Of a DNA stretch of 64,000 nt, positions 1 through 11,617 are shown one piece after another (the stretch's first letter is position 1; every line of letters starts with the position of its first letter). Origin of the DNA: an uncultured Spirochaetota bacterium (GTDB lineage Bacteria > Spirochaetota > Spirochaetia > SZUA-6 > CAVTHK01); assembly GCA_963734495.1 (NCBI GenBank), contig CAVTHK010000011.1, forward strand, positions 224,001-288,000, in the 5' to 3' direction. The position numbers were made by a program, and so were the translations under genes. A model generated the notes under the pieces. That model did not search any database. It had not been told where the DNA came from and saw only the letters and a program-made list of their open reading frames with translations.

Positions 1-1335
<1,335 letters not shown>

Positions 1336-1393
1336 CGGCCGTGACTATATCCGGTGCGCCCGCAGGAGAACAACGGACGCGTGCGCCCCGGCC

Positions 1394-2239
1394 TCAGCCC
1401 TTGACCGCGCCGGCGGTCAGCCCCGACACGTAGTACTTGACGAAGAAGGCGTACAGGAACGCGATGGGAAAGGAGCCCAGGACCGCCGAGGCCATCAGCG
1501 AGCCCCAGAACAGCGTGTCCGCCTTGATCAGGTCGCTGACCGTGCCGACGGGGATGGTCTTCATGCGGCCGGAGGACATGAAGATCAGCGCGTAGAGGAA
1601 CTCGTTCCAGCAGAGGGTAAAACAGAATATCGCAGCGGAAAGCAGCCCGGGGACCGACAGCGGGAGGATAATGCGCAGCAGAGTCACCAGGCGGGGGCAG
1701 CCGTCGGCCATCGCGCTTTCCTCGATCTCCTTGGGGATGGTGCGGAAGTAGCCCATGAGCAGCCACGAGGCAAAGGGGATGAGCTGCGTCGGATAGGTGA
1801 GGATGAGCGCCCAGTAGGTGTTGTTCAGGCCGAGCCGGCCGACGACCTGGGCCAGCGGAAGGAACAGCAGCGTCGGCGGCACCAGGTACGCGAGAAAGAT
1901 CCCGACGCCCAGGAAGTTGCTCCCCGGGAAGCGCAGCCGCGCCAGGGCATAGCCTATAAAGATGCTGCACGTCACCGACAGGATCGTCGACCACGTCGAA
2001 ACGACGATCGTGTTCTTGACCCAGACCGGGAAGTCCGTGTTCTGGAACAGATACAGATAGTTCTCCAGCGTGTAATGGCGGATCCCGAAGGGATTGACCT
2101 TGAGGTCGAACAGGTCGTTCGTCGGCTTGAGCGACACGATCGTCATCCAGTAGAAGGGGAAGAGCAGGAAGATCAGGAAGAGAACGAGGGGAAGGTAAAC
2201 GACCAGGATCCGCCGGCCCGGGGAATCGCTGCCGACCAT
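1394..2239 (-). CDS. Carbohydrate ABC transporter permease (MalG-like)
   Basis: Multi-TM, EAA loop IEESAMADG, C-term GLTAGAVKG. Confidence 0.93.
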   Translation of the reverse strand: MVGSDSPGRRILVVYLPLVLFLIFLLFPFYWMTIVSLKPTNDLFDLKVNPFGIRHYTLENYLYLFQNTDFPVWVKNTIVVSTWSTILSVTCSIFIGYALARLRFPGSNFLGVGIFLAYLVPPTLLFLPLAQVVGRLGLNNTYWALILTYPTQLIPFASWLLMGYFRTIPKEIEESAMADGCPRLVTLLRIILPLSVPGLLSAAIFCFTLCWNEFLYALIFMSSGRMKTIPVGTVSDLIKADTLFWGSLMASAVLGSFPIAFLYAFFVKYYVSGLTAGAVKG

Positions 2240-2243
2240 ACTT

Positions 2244-3173
2244 TCAGTCCCTCTTCCGCAGGTAGACGAGCAGCAGGATCGCGAAGAGCGCCAGGATCGG
2301 GAACATGTACAGGGCGATCGCGGCCCCCATTCCGATCTGCGTGGCGGACAGGCCGATCTGGTACGTGTAGGTGCCGAAGATGTGCGTGGTGTTCGCGGGT
2401 CCCCCCTTTGTGAGGACGTAGATGAGCTGGAAGTCGGCGAAGGTCCAGATCATCGAGAGCAGGGTCGCGATGAGGACCACGCCTTGGATCGCCGGCACCG
2501 TCACGTGGCGGAAGCGATGCCATGCCGCCGCGCCGTCGATGGAGGCCGCCTCGTGCAGCTCCTGCGGGACGGCCTGGAGGCCGGCGAGGATCACGATGCC
2601 GAAGAATGGGGTGCCGCGCCAGATGTTGGCCAGGCAGATCGAGGAGATGGCGAGGATCGGGTCCCCGAGAAAGTTGATGTTCTCCTTGATGAAGCCAAGG
2701 CTCCGCAGCAGCCACGAGATCGGGCTGAAGACGGCGTCGAAGATCATGAACCAGCCGAGGGAGCTCAGCGCGGTCGGCACGATCCACGGCATCATGACCG
2801 CGGCGCGGATGGGATTGCCGAAGCGGAACCGGTTGTTGAGGATCAGCGCGAGGGCGAGCCCCAGGGCGGCTTTGAAAGGGACGGTCACCATCGCGTAGAT
2901 CATCGTGTTCCCCGCGGTCTGCAGGAAGACGCTGTCGGTGAGCAGGTCGGAGAAGTTGCGCAGCCCGATAAAGGAGCCCATGCGCCCGATCGAGCTGTCG
3001 GTGAGCGAGAGCCAGATGCCGAGGAGGAAGGGGTACGCCATAAAGACCATCAGCAGCAGCGCCCCCGGCAGCATCAGGAGGACCCCCAGGCTCGCCTCGC
3101 GCTCGAGCAGGCCATGGATGGAGAATCGCTGCTTGCGCCGCACCGCGGCCGGCCTGGCCAATCGCACCTCCAC
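2244..3173 (-). CDS. Carbohydrate ABC transporter permease (MalF-like)
   Basis: Multi-TM, LAGLQAVPQELHEAASIDGA, TKGGP motif; exact start uncertain. Confidence 0.92.
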   Translation of the reverse strand: MEVRLARPAAVRRKQRFSIHGLLEREASLGVLLMLPGALLLMVFMAYPFLLGIWLSLTDSSIGRMGSFIGLRNFSDLLTDSVFLQTAGNTMIYAMVTVPFKAALGLALALILNNRFRFGNPIRAAVMMPWIVPTALSSLGWFMIFDAVFSPISWLLRSLGFIKENINFLGDPILAISSICLANIWRGTPFFGIVILAGLQAVPQELHEAASIDGAAAWHRFRHVTVPAIQGVVLIATLLSMIWTFADFQLIYVLTKGGPANTTHIFGTYTYQIGLSATQIGMGAAIALYMFPILALFAILLLVYLRKRD

Positions 3174-3174
3174 G

Positions 3175-3204
3175 AAAAGGGGCGGCCGCTCGGACGGCCG
3201 CCCC
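3175..3204 (-). terminator. GC-rich hairpin plus short U tract between binding protein and permease (attenuating/stabilising stem-loop)
   Basis: GGGGCGGCCG-6nt-CGGCCGCCCC 10-bp stem followed by TTTT on the minus strand. Confidence 0.6.
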
Positions 3205-3221
3205 CGCTGTCTCGCGAAGAG

Positions 3222-4598
3222 CTACACCCCGTAGGTGCGCTTGAGCTGATCCGCCCCCCACTCGATCGCGGCCTTGGCGTCGCCGCTCTGGACGGCTTTG
3301 GCAAATGTGTCCACCACGATGAACTTGGACCAGGCGAGCGCCGCTTTCTGGTTCGGCGGGCCCGCGTACCCCTGGTTGAGCCCGTACTTCGGCTGCTCGC
3401 GGAACGGCGACATCTTGGGATCCTTGAGCCACACCGGGTCGTTGTAGTACTTGGTGACGGGCTGCAGCATGTAGCCTTCCTGCAGGCGCCACCAGTCGCC
3501 GAACTGCTTGTCCTGGAACCACCACTTGAGGAAATCCTTGGCACCGGCGATGTTCTTGGAGTTCTTGAGGATCGCGAAGGTCCGCGTCTCGAACCAGTAG
3601 AACCGACCAGCCGGCCCCTTGGGGATCAGCATGTGGTGGGTGTCCGCGGCGATCTCGGGCTTGTCCTTCTTGGCGGCGAAGTAGATGCTGGAGCCGTTGT
3701 AGGTGCTGGAGATCTGCTCGGCGAGATACGCCCTGTTGTTGTTGCTGTCGTCCCACGAGGTCCCGGTCTCGTCGTAGCCGTCCTTCCAGGCCTGGATGAA
3801 CTTCTTCATCCCGTCGACGAACTCCGGCTTGTTGAACAGGATGTTCTTGCCGTCCTTGTCGACCTCCATGGCCCCGTAGGCCCACATGTAGGGGTAGCAG
3901 TAGCCCGGCGGGTCGCCGGTGCTGTGGCCGAGCGCCTGGCCGAAGGGCTTGCCCTTCGCCTTGAGCTTCTTGGCCACGGCGAAGTACTCCTCCCACGTCA
4001 GGTCGACCTTGTTCCCGTCGCTGGCGTTGGGGACTCCGGCCTCGGTGAACCACTTGATGCGGTAGGCCATCGACGCGTTGCTGTGGCCGTGCGGGACGCC
4101 GAGCCAGCGGCCGTTGACCTTGCCGGAGACGAGCACGAACTTCTCGAACCCGCCGTTTCTCTTGCCGAAGTCCTCGGCGATGTCGCCCACCTCCACGAGG
4201 TTGTCTGCGTACAGGTAGTTCCATCCCGGCCATAGCTCGACGATGTCGTAGCCCCCGGCCTGCACGGAGGCGGCGATCTTGGGCTGCAGGTCCGGCCAGT
4301 TCAGGAAGTCGCACGAAACTTCGACCTTGTTGGCCGCGCCCCACTCGGCCGCCTGCTTCTTGTAGAGCTCCTGGCCCGGAGCGATGAAGTAGGTGCCCTG
4401 CAGGATCGAGAGCTTGGTCCCCCTTGTTTGTTCGGAGGCCGGCGCTCCGAACACCCTGCCGGGAAGCGCGGCGGCGGCGGCCACCCCCAGGCCCGTGGCC
4501 CCTGCGGCCTTGATGAACTGGCGGCGGCTCATCCGCGCGTCCATCAGGGAGGAGGCCTTCTTCTGCCCCTTCTTCTTCCGTCCGTTCTGGTCACCCAT
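3222..4598 (-). CDS. Extracellular sugar-binding protein (family 1) with twin-arginine signal
   Basis: MSRRQFIKAAGATGLGVAAAAAL = Tat motif plus h-region; SBP-like body; adjacent permeases. Confidence 0.88.
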   Translation of the reverse strand: MGDQNGRKKKGQKKASSLMDARMSRRQFIKAAGATGLGVAAAAALPGRVFGAPASEQTRGTKLSILQGTYFIAPGQELYKKQAAEWGAANKVEVSCDFLNWPDLQPKIAASVQAGGYDIVELWPGWNYLYADNLVEVGDIAEDFGKRNGGFEKFVLVSGKVNGRWLGVPHGHSNASMAYRIKWFTEAGVPNASDGNKVDLTWEEYFAVAKKLKAKGKPFGQALGHSTGDPPGYCYPYMWAYGAMEVDKDGKNILFNKPEFVDGMKKFIQAWKDGYDETGTSWDDSNNNRAYLAEQISSTYNGSSIYFAAKKDKPEIAADTHHMLIPKGPAGRFYWFETRTFAILKNSKNIAGAKDFLKWWFQDKQFGDWWRLQEGYMLQPVTKYYNDPVWLKDPKMSPFREQPKYGLNQGYAGPPNQKAALAWSKFIVVDTFAKAVQSGDAKAAIEWGADQLKRTYGV

Positions 4599-4772
4599 TC
4601 TGAAACCCCCTGGCTTACATGGTACGTGAGACGATGCAGCGCACAGAGGCAAGTCTAAGGCGGCCCATTGCAGCGGTCAAGCATGAGTTCGCCGCGCCCC
4701 GCGAAGGGGCAGCGGTCCGCCTGGTGCGACGAGCGTGGTCCCCCGGGAGCTGTCGCGGCCGAGAGCGCTTCG

Positions 4773-4949
4773 CTACGCCTTCTTCTTTTCGGCGTCTTCG
4801 TCGTCGTCTTCGGAAGGCTCGCCCTTGAGACCCTTCTCGAACTCCCTCTTGGCTTTCCCCAGGGACCTCGCGAACTTCGGTATGGCCGTGGCCCCGAAGA
4901 GAACGAAGATCACGCCGCCGATGACCAGCCACTCACCCGCTCCAATCAT
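4773..4949 (-). CDS. tatA: Twin-arginine translocase subunit TatA (58 aa, below ORF-track cutoff)
   Basis: Translated by hand: MIGAGEWLVIGGVIFVLFGATAIPKFARSLGKAKREFEKGLKGEPSEDDDEDAEKKKA. TM helix, FG hinge, amphipathic helix. AGGAGG RBS. Confidence 0.9.
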   Translation of the reverse strand: MIGAGEWLVIGGVIFVLFGATAIPKFARSLGKAKREFEKGLKGEPSEDDDEDAEKKKA

Positions 4950-4958
4950 GGATCCCTC

Positions 4959-5246
4959 CTACTCTCTCACCCCGTCCGACGGCTGCCCGCCGTCCCCGTC
5001 GTGCTTCTCGATCCTGTCGGGCTCAGCGCCCGCCTGCGCGGACGCCGCCTCGACCGGCGCGGAAGACTCGCGCTCGACCTCGCGTTCCACCTCGGAGAGC
5101 GATCTCGTGACCTCGTCCCTGAGGCTGCGGAGCTCCGCGAAGAACTTGCCGGCCTTGCGCAGCAGGGCAGGCAGGTCGCTCGGCCTGACAAAGATCAGCG
5201 CCACGATGACGATGACGACGATTTCCCAGGGCCCGACACCGAACAT
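4959..5246 (-). CDS. tatB: Twin-arginine translocase subunit TatB
   Basis: MFGVGPWEIVVIVIVALIFVRPSDLPALLRKAGK, a typical TatB N-terminus; lies between tatC and tatA. Confidence 0.88.
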   Translation of the reverse strand: MFGVGPWEIVVIVIVALIFVRPSDLPALLRKAGKFFAELRSLRDEVTRSLSEVEREVERESSAPVEAASAQAGAEPDRIEKHDGDGGQPSDGVRE

Positions 5247-6034
5247 CAGGGCTCACCGCCGAACCCGAAGATCTTCGCCACCAGGATGGTCAGGAAGTAG
5301 AGGATCATCAGGGGAATGGCAACCGCCAGCTGGGACACGACGTCCGGCGGAGTGATCACGGCGGCCACCACGAATACGGCCACGATGACGAAGCGGGTGG
5401 AGCGCAGGAGCGCCCCGCGCGTGACCACGTGCATGTAGAGCAGGATCTCGAGCACGACCGGGACCTGGAACACGATGAGCGAGGCCAGCATCAGTTGCAG
5501 CGCGAAGAAGATGTTCTTCTCGTAGCCCAGGATGAGCCCCACGTTGGGAGGAATGAACCCGGAGCCCGTCAGGAACCAGGCCGAAATGGGGACGATGCTG
5601 AAATAACTGTAGTACACGCTCGCGACGATGAGAACGAAGCTCGAGAACAGGGCCGCGACGACGACCCTCTTTTCCGCGGTCTTCAGCGCCGGAAACACGA
5701 ACCTGATCGTGTTGTAGAGGTGGACGGGAATCGAGAGGATGATGCCGGCGAGGAGCGAGATCCTGATCTTGGCGACGAATCCCTCGGCGAGGGTGGTCAT
5801 GAAGAGCTTGGGTCCGGCCGGCGCCCCCTGGATGTGCTCGAAGGGCCTGAAAAGGATCGCGACGATCTGGTCATAGAAAATGAATGCAGGGATGGTGCAC
5901 AACGCGATCGCTGCGACCGAGCTGATGATCCGGACCCGCAGCTCGGCGATGTGCTCCAGGAGGGTCATCTCGCGCGCAGGCCCGGCTTCGGCCTTTTCAG
6001 ACCCCCTTTGCGAACCCATGCGCGAGGCCCCCAC
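5246..6034 (-). CDS. tatC: Twin-arginine translocase subunit TatC
   Basis: EMTLLEHIAELRVR, FVFPAL, FQVP, AAVITPPDVVSQ motifs; about six TM segments; start could be 6019. Confidence 0.93.
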   Translation of the reverse strand: MGASRMGSQRGSEKAEAGPAREMTLLEHIAELRVRIISSVAAIALCTIPAFIFYDQIVAILFRPFEHIQGAPAGPKLFMTTLAEGFVAKIRISLLAGIILSIPVHLYNTIRFVFPALKTAEKRVVVAALFSSFVLIVASVYYSYFSIVPISAWFLTGSGFIPPNVGLILGYEKNIFFALQLMLASLIVFQVPVVLEILLYMHVVTRGALLRSTRFVIVAVFVVAAVITPPDVVSQLAVAIPLMILYFLTILVAKIFGFGGEP

Positions 6035-6235
6035 AAACGCCGCGGACGCTTCGACAGCGCACGGTCCGCGGCGAAAGCACGATCATTGTAGGGTACGACA
6101 CCCCCGGGGTCAACTCGCGCGCTTCGCTCTCTTCGCGCGCGTCGCTTCGCGGGGCGCTTGCCGGCGCGGCGGAACCGCGCGCCGCTTGCCCGATCGGCGG
6201 CATCGGGCGCAGTGTAGCGGCGAGGGGGCATGCGC

Positions 6236-7716
6236 GTGAAAGCCATCATGGTGATGTTCGACTCGCTGAACCGCCGGTACCTGCCGCCCTACGGCTGCGA
6301 CTGGATCCAGGCGCCCAACTTCGCGCGCCTGGCCGAGCGCACGGTGACGTTCGACAACGCGTAGGTGGGCAGCATGCCCTGCATGCCGGCGCGGCGGGAC
6401 CTGCACACCGGGCGGCCGAACTTCCTGCACCGCAGCTGGGGGCCGATCGAGCCGTTCGACGACTCGATGCCCGAGATGCTCAAGACAAGCCGGCGTCTAC
6501 ACGCACCTCGTCACCGACCACTACCACTACTTGGAAGAAGGCGGCTGCAACTATCACACCCGCTACACCTCGTGGGAGTGCAGCCGCGGCCAGGAGGGGG
6601 ACCCGTGGAAGGGCGAGGTCAAGGACCCCGTGCTCCCCGCCTTCGCCCCGGGCCTCGACCGGCAGAAGAACCGTCAGAACTGGGTCAACCGCAAGTACAT
6701 GGACACGCCGGAAAAGATGCCGCAGGCGGTGACTTTCGACCAGGGCCTGGAGTTCATCGCGACCAACAAGCGCGAGGACAACTGGTTCCTCCAGATCGAG
6801 ACCTTCGACCCGCACGAGCCCTACTTCACCCCGCGGCAAATACAAGGACCTCTATCCCCACGAGTACTCCGGCGGCCACTACGACTGGCCGCACTACCGC
6901 AAGATCATCGAGGAGGACCGCCGCGCCATCGAGCACGTGCGCTACGAGTACGCCTCGCTGCTGTCGCATGTGCGACGAGCATCTCGGCCGCGTGCTCGCC
7001 GCGATGGACGAGCAGGACCTGTGGAAGGACACGATGCTGATCGTGTGCACGGACCACGGCTTTCTGCTCGGCGAGCACGACTGGTGGGGCAAGAACCGCA
7101 TGCCGCTGTGGAACGAGATCGCGCACATGCCGCTCTTCGTGTGGGACCCGCGCTGCGGGGAAAGCGGGCGAGCGGCGGCGGTCGATCGTGCAGCTCATCG
7201 ACTTCGCGCCGACGCTGCTGCGCTACTTCGGCTGCGAGCCGACCGCCGGACATGACCGGCCGCGACCTCGCGCCGGTGATCGCGCGCGACGAGGGCGGCC
7301 GCGAGCACGCGATCTGGGGCATCTTCGGCGGCCAGGTCAACATCACCGACGGCCGCTGGGTCTACATGCGGGGCCCGGTGCGGCCGGACAACACCCCGCT
7401 GCACGAGCACACGCTCATGCCCACCCACCTGCTGCACACCTTCGACGTCTCCGAGCTGCAGGACATCCGACTGGCCGAGCCCTTCTCCTTCACCAAGGGG
7501 TGCCGCACGATGAAGATCGCGGCGCGCAACGTGCACCGGTCGGTGCAGCACGAGTACGGGACGCTGCTGTACGATCTCGAGAGCGACTACGCGCAGGAGC
7601 ATCCGCTCAAGGACGCGGCGGTCGAGCGCCGCATGGCCGAGGCGCTGGCGCGCGAGATGAAGCTGGCCGACGCGCCGGCGGAGCAGTACGAGCGGCTCGG
7701 GCTCGAACGGCCGTAA
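6236..7716 (+). pseudogene. Sulfatase (S1 family), interrupted by an in-frame TAG and several frameshifts (possibly sequencing error)
   Basis: VKAIMVMFDSLNR...DNA*VGSMPCMPARR (CxPxR formylglycine motif), FDPHEPY, TDHGFLLGEH, LYDLESD. Confidence 0.85.
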
Positions 7717-7727
7717 GGAGTCGGGGC

Positions 7728-8676
7728 ATGAGCGACAGCGGCGCCCTTGAACTTACCGGGACCTTTCTGGACGAGATCTCGCACGACATCCCCCATCAGA
7801 ACTGGGGGCCTGTCGAGTGGGAGCACGACTTCGAGGCCATGCGCGCGATCGGGATCGACACCGTCATCCTCATCCGCTGCGGCCACCGGAAGTGGATGAC
7901 GTTCCCGTCGAAGGTGCTGGCCGACCGGGAGGGATGCTTCATGCCGCCCCTCGACCTGGTCGATCTCTTTCTCGACCTGGCGGCCAGGCACGGCATGGCG
8001 TTCTACTTCGGGACCTACGACTCGGGCCGCTACTGGCGCGACGGCGACTTCGAGCGCGAGGTCGAGCTGAACCTCGCCGTGGTCGACGAGGTGTGGGCGC
8101 GGTACGGGTCGCGGGCCGGCGTTCCGCGGGTGGTACCTCTCGCAGGAGGTCAGCCGCAGGACGCGCGGCATCGTCGACCTCTACGCGCGCATGGGCCGCC
8201 GCTGCAAGGAGATCTCCGGGAACCTGCCCACCCTGATCTCGCCGTACATCGACGGGATCAAGCAGGTCTCCTCTTTCGGGAGCGCCATCACGCGCGCCGA
8301 CGGCATCACGCCCGAGCAGCACGAAAAGGAATGGAATGAGATAATCGAAGGCATCCGCGGCGCGGTCGATATCGTGGCCTTTCAGGACGGCCACGTCGAG
8401 TTTGACCAGCTTGCGGGCTACCTCGAGCTGAACAAGCGGCTCGCCGAGCGGCACGGCCTGCGCTGTTGGACCAACGCCGAGACCTTCGACCGCGACATGC
8501 CGATCAAGTTCCTGCCGATCAAGTGGGAGAAGCTGCTGCTCAAGCTGCAGGCCGCCCGCGAGGCCGGGCTGGAGAAGGCGATCACCTTCGAGTTCTCCCA
8601 TTTCCTCAGCCCCCACTCCGCATACCCGCAGGCGGGGCATCTTTACAACCGGTACAAGGAGCACTTCGGTCTGTGA
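7728..8676 (+). CDS. DUF4434-like putative TIM-barrel glycoside hydrolase, frameshift near 8120
   Basis: GTFLDEISHDIPHQNWG...MRAIGIDTVILIRCG; GWYLSQE; AFQDG; NAETFDRDMPIKFLPI; ITFEFSHFLSP. Confidence 0.75.
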
Positions 8677-9413
8677 GCTCTCGATTCGTGCGCGACCTCC
8701 TGGAGCTGGGCGTGCGGCCGGGAGGGATCCTGCTGGTGCATTCCTCGCTCAAGGCGTTAGGACCGCTCGCGGGCGGGCCTGCGGACGTCATCGCCGCGCT
8801 GCGCGAGGCGCTCGGACCGGGCGGGACGCTGCTCCTGCCCGCACTTTCCTACGCGACAGTCACCCGCGAGAATCCCGTGTTCGACCAGCGGCTGACTCCC
8901 TCGTGCGTGGGGATCATCCCCGAGACGTTCCGCCTGATGCCGGGCGTACGGCGGTCGCTGCACCCGACACATTCGGTCTGCGCGATCGGTCCGCTCGCCG
9001 GCGAGCTGCTCGACGCCCACGCCTCGGACAGCACGCCCTGCGGTCCCGCATCGCCGTTCCGAAGGCTGCCCGAGGCGGACGGCCGGATCCTGATGCTCGG
9101 CTGCGGCCTCAAGCCGAACACGTCCATGCACGCGATCGAAGAGCTCGCCGTGCCGCCTTACCTCTTCGGGGCGCGGATCGAGTACATGCTGGTGCGCGAG
9201 GACGGAGCTCGCGTGGTCAAGCGCTACACGCCGCACGATTTCGCAGGCTGGAGGCAGCGCTACGACCGCGTCGAGGCGCTGCTCGGCCCGGCGGGGCTGC
9301 GCACCGGGCGCGTTCTCGAGGCCGAGGCGCACCTGCTCGACGCCGCCGCGCTGCGGGAGGCGGCGCTCGCCGCCCTGCGCCGCGACCCGCTGGCCTTCGT
9401 CGAGCGCCGATAG
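8673..9413 (+). CDS. AAC(3)/Antibiotic_NAT family N-acetyltransferase
   Basis: LLVHSSLKALG, GTLLLPA, GIIPETFR, RSLHPTHS, ILMLGC..NTSMHAIEE; GTGA overlap with upstream gene. Confidence 0.88.
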   Translation: MSSRFVRDLLELGVRPGGILLVHSSLKALGPLAGGPADVIAALREALGPGGTLLLPALSYATVTRENPVFDQRLTPSCVGIIPETFRLMPGVRRSLHPTHSVCAIGPLAGELLDAHASDSTPCGPASPFRRLPEADGRILMLGCGLKPNTSMHAIEELAVPPYLFGARIEYMLVREDGARVVKRYTPHDFAGWRQRYDRVEALLGPAGLRTGRVLEAEAHLLDAAALREAALAALRRDPLAFVERR

Positions 9414-9520
9414 CGCCTTGGCGCCGGGCTCGTGCAGCCGCGCCCCCGCGGCCATCGCCTGCCACTGCCTCCAGACGCGGCGCAGGGCTTTCGCCGTCGG
9501 GGCCCGCGGGTAGGCGCGGG

Positions 9521-10288
9521 CTATCGCCGCGCGGGCCGATAGCCCAGCTTACGGAACTCCTCGGCGATGGCCGCCTTGCCCTTGTCGCTCGGATGTCGTC
9601 CGTCGTATGCGAGATAGCCCTGTTCAGCCGGATCTTCGTCGCCGGAAGGGCCGTGGAAAGCGCGGAAGACCCGCGCAGTCGGGATCCCGTACCGTCGACC
9701 CGCCTGCACGATGCAGTCATTGAACGCCAGCACGCCTATCTTTGTGGTGCTCCAGATGTCTTTCCGTTTGTGCTCCTGGACCCAGGGATAGTAGAAATCC
9801 ATGAGCCGGATGACCGCCGTGGGCTGCGCCAGCGAGACGACCTCACGCAGGACCGCATCCAGGTTCTTCCGGAACCCCTTTGCTTCCTCCGCCATCCGGC
9901 GGCTGTCGTTCTGTCCGTCGGCGCCATAGATCAAGATCGCGTTGCTCATGTCACTATGCCCGATGCCGATCGTTATCAATTCGGCTCCCTTGATGTCGTT
10001 CCGAAGGCGCTCGATGTCAGTGACATTCCGCAGGAGCCCGACAACCACCTGATTGGCGACGAAGTAGTAGTGGTACGAGATCCTGACTCCCAGATCGGAC
10101 TCCACGAGCTTCCCGTACTCCTCGTGCCACCACGTGCCGATCGAGCTGCCGAGAACGACGTAGTCCCAGGTCTGGCCCGCGACGTTCGGCAGCGCAGCCC
10201 CGTCCGCAGGCTGCGACGTCGCGCATGCTGACAGGAGCAGCGCCCCCGCGATCAGACCCGACACCAGCACCGCGTTCATACCTCTCAT
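9521..10288 (-). CDS. SGNH/GDSL hydrolase-like lipoprotein
   Basis: Lipobox LLLSAC; block I VVLGSSIG; IGIGHSD; DGRHPS catalytic DxxH; AGGAGG RBS. Confidence 0.75.
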   Translation of the reverse strand: MRGMNAVLVSGLIAGALLLSACATSQPADGAALPNVAGQTWDYVVLGSSIGTWWHEEYGKLVESDLGVRISYHYYFVANQVVVGLLRNVTDIERLRNDIKGAELITIGIGHSDMSNAILIYGADGQNDSRRMAEEAKGFRKNLDAVLREVVSLAQPTAVIRLMDFYYPWVQEHKRKDIWSTTKIGVLAFNDCIVQAGRRYGIPTARVFRAFHGPSGDEDPAEQGYLAYDGRHPSDKGKAAIAEEFRKLGYRPARR

Positions 10289-10485
10289 GCCGCACCTCCT
10301 TCGGCCGGACCGCCGGATGAGACAATCGTCGACCCGGCAAGCCTGCCGCGCCATGGCTAGAACTGACTACGTTTGCGCGGCAGCTCCGCGACGCGCATCG
10401 CCGCCCGCGCGGGCCGGCCTCACTCGCTTCTGGAGCAGCGGCCGGGCGGCATCCCTAAAGGGGTAGCAGACCCGGCGGTGCGCGC

Positions 10486-11613
10486 CTACCGCGAGTAGGG
10501 GTCAGCGGCGTCGCGGAGGCCGTCGCCGAGGAAGTTGAAGGCGAGCACGGCGACGATCACGAAGAGGACCGGAAGCAGGAGCCAGGGGTAGAGGGCGACG
10601 GTCCGCACGTTCTGCGCCTCCTGCAGCAGCACTCCCCAGCTGGTGACCGGCGGCCGCAAACCGACGCCCAGGAAGCTGAGCGCCGTTTCGGCGAGGATCA
10701 TCTGCGGAATTGAGAGCGTGATCGACACGATGATGTGGCTCAGGAACGACGGGAGGAGGTGCTTCACGATCACGGTCATCTCGCTCGCGCCCGAGATCAG
10801 GGCCGCCAGCGCGAACTCCTCCTCCCGGAGCGACAGCAGCTTCCCCCGGACCACCCGGGCGAGCCCGGTCCATCCGACGAACGAGAGGATGATCGTGATC
10901 CCGAAGTAGACCTTGAGCGGCGACCAGTGGGGAGGGAGAGCGGCGCTGAGCGCCATCCACAGCGGGATCGACGGGAACGACCTGAGGAGCTCGATGAGCC
11001 GCTGGATCACCACATCGGCGGCGCCGCCGTAGTATCCCGAGACGCCGCCGAGGATCAGCCCCATCAGGAGGCTGAGCAGGACCCCGATCAGGCCTATCGA
11101 CAGGGAGACTCTGGCGCCGTAAAGCACCCGGGAGAGCACATCGCGGCCCATCCGATCCGTTCCGAGCACGAAGAGCGTGCCTTCGCCTTCGACGCCGAAG
11201 AGGTGGACATCCCCTCCCCAGAGTCCCCAGAGCTTGTACTTTTCGCCGCGAGCAAGGAGCCGTACCCGAAACTGCCGGCTCGGGTCCTCGCGGAAGGTCT
11301 TGCGGAGCGTCTCCCTGTCGATCGCGGATTTCATGTCGTACACGAAGGGGCGCAGGTGAAATCCGCGGGAGTCGAAGAAGTGGATCCTCTGCGGAGGCGC
11401 GAACACGTACTTGATGTGCCTCGCCTCGGGATCGTACGGAGACACGAACTCGCAGAACACGCCGAGGAGGTACAGAAGCACGATGAGGAGGCCGCTCGCG
11501 ACGGCCGGCTTGTGCCTCGTGAACTTCCACCACATCAGCCTCCACTGGGAGGCGACGTAGTAGTCCTCATGAGCGTCGGGGCGCTGTTTGGCGGCCGCCG
11601 CGTGCTGCGCCAT
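10486..11613 (-). CDS. Peptide/oligosaccharide ABC permease (OppC/DppC-like)
   Basis: LGTDRMGRDVLSR, ETALSFLGVG, FNFLGDGLRDAADPY. Confidence 0.94.
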   Translation of the reverse strand: MAQHAAAAKQRPDAHEDYYVASQWRLMWWKFTRHKPAVASGLLIVLLYLLGVFCEFVSPYDPEARHIKYVFAPPQRIHFFDSRGFHLRPFVYDMKSAIDRETLRKTFREDPSRQFRVRLLARGEKYKLWGLWGGDVHLFGVEGEGTLFVLGTDRMGRDVLSRVLYGARVSLSIGLIGVLLSLLMGLILGGVSGYYGGAADVVIQRLIELLRSFPSIPLWMALSAALPPHWSPLKVYFGITIILSFVGWTGLARVVRGKLLSLREEEFALAALISGASEMTVIVKHLLPSFLSHIIVSITLSIPQMILAETALSFLGVGLRPPVTSWGVLLQEAQNVRTVALYPWLLLPVLFVIVAVLAFNFLGDGLRDAADPYSR

Positions 11614-11617
11614 CTCT

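Noticed and set aside
6362-6364. In-frame TAG in the sulfatase as possible pyrrolysine or stop-codon recoding
   Set aside because: The position fits a Tyr (TAC) one substitution away. The same gene has several indels, TAG is used as a normal stop throughout, and no pyl genes are seen.
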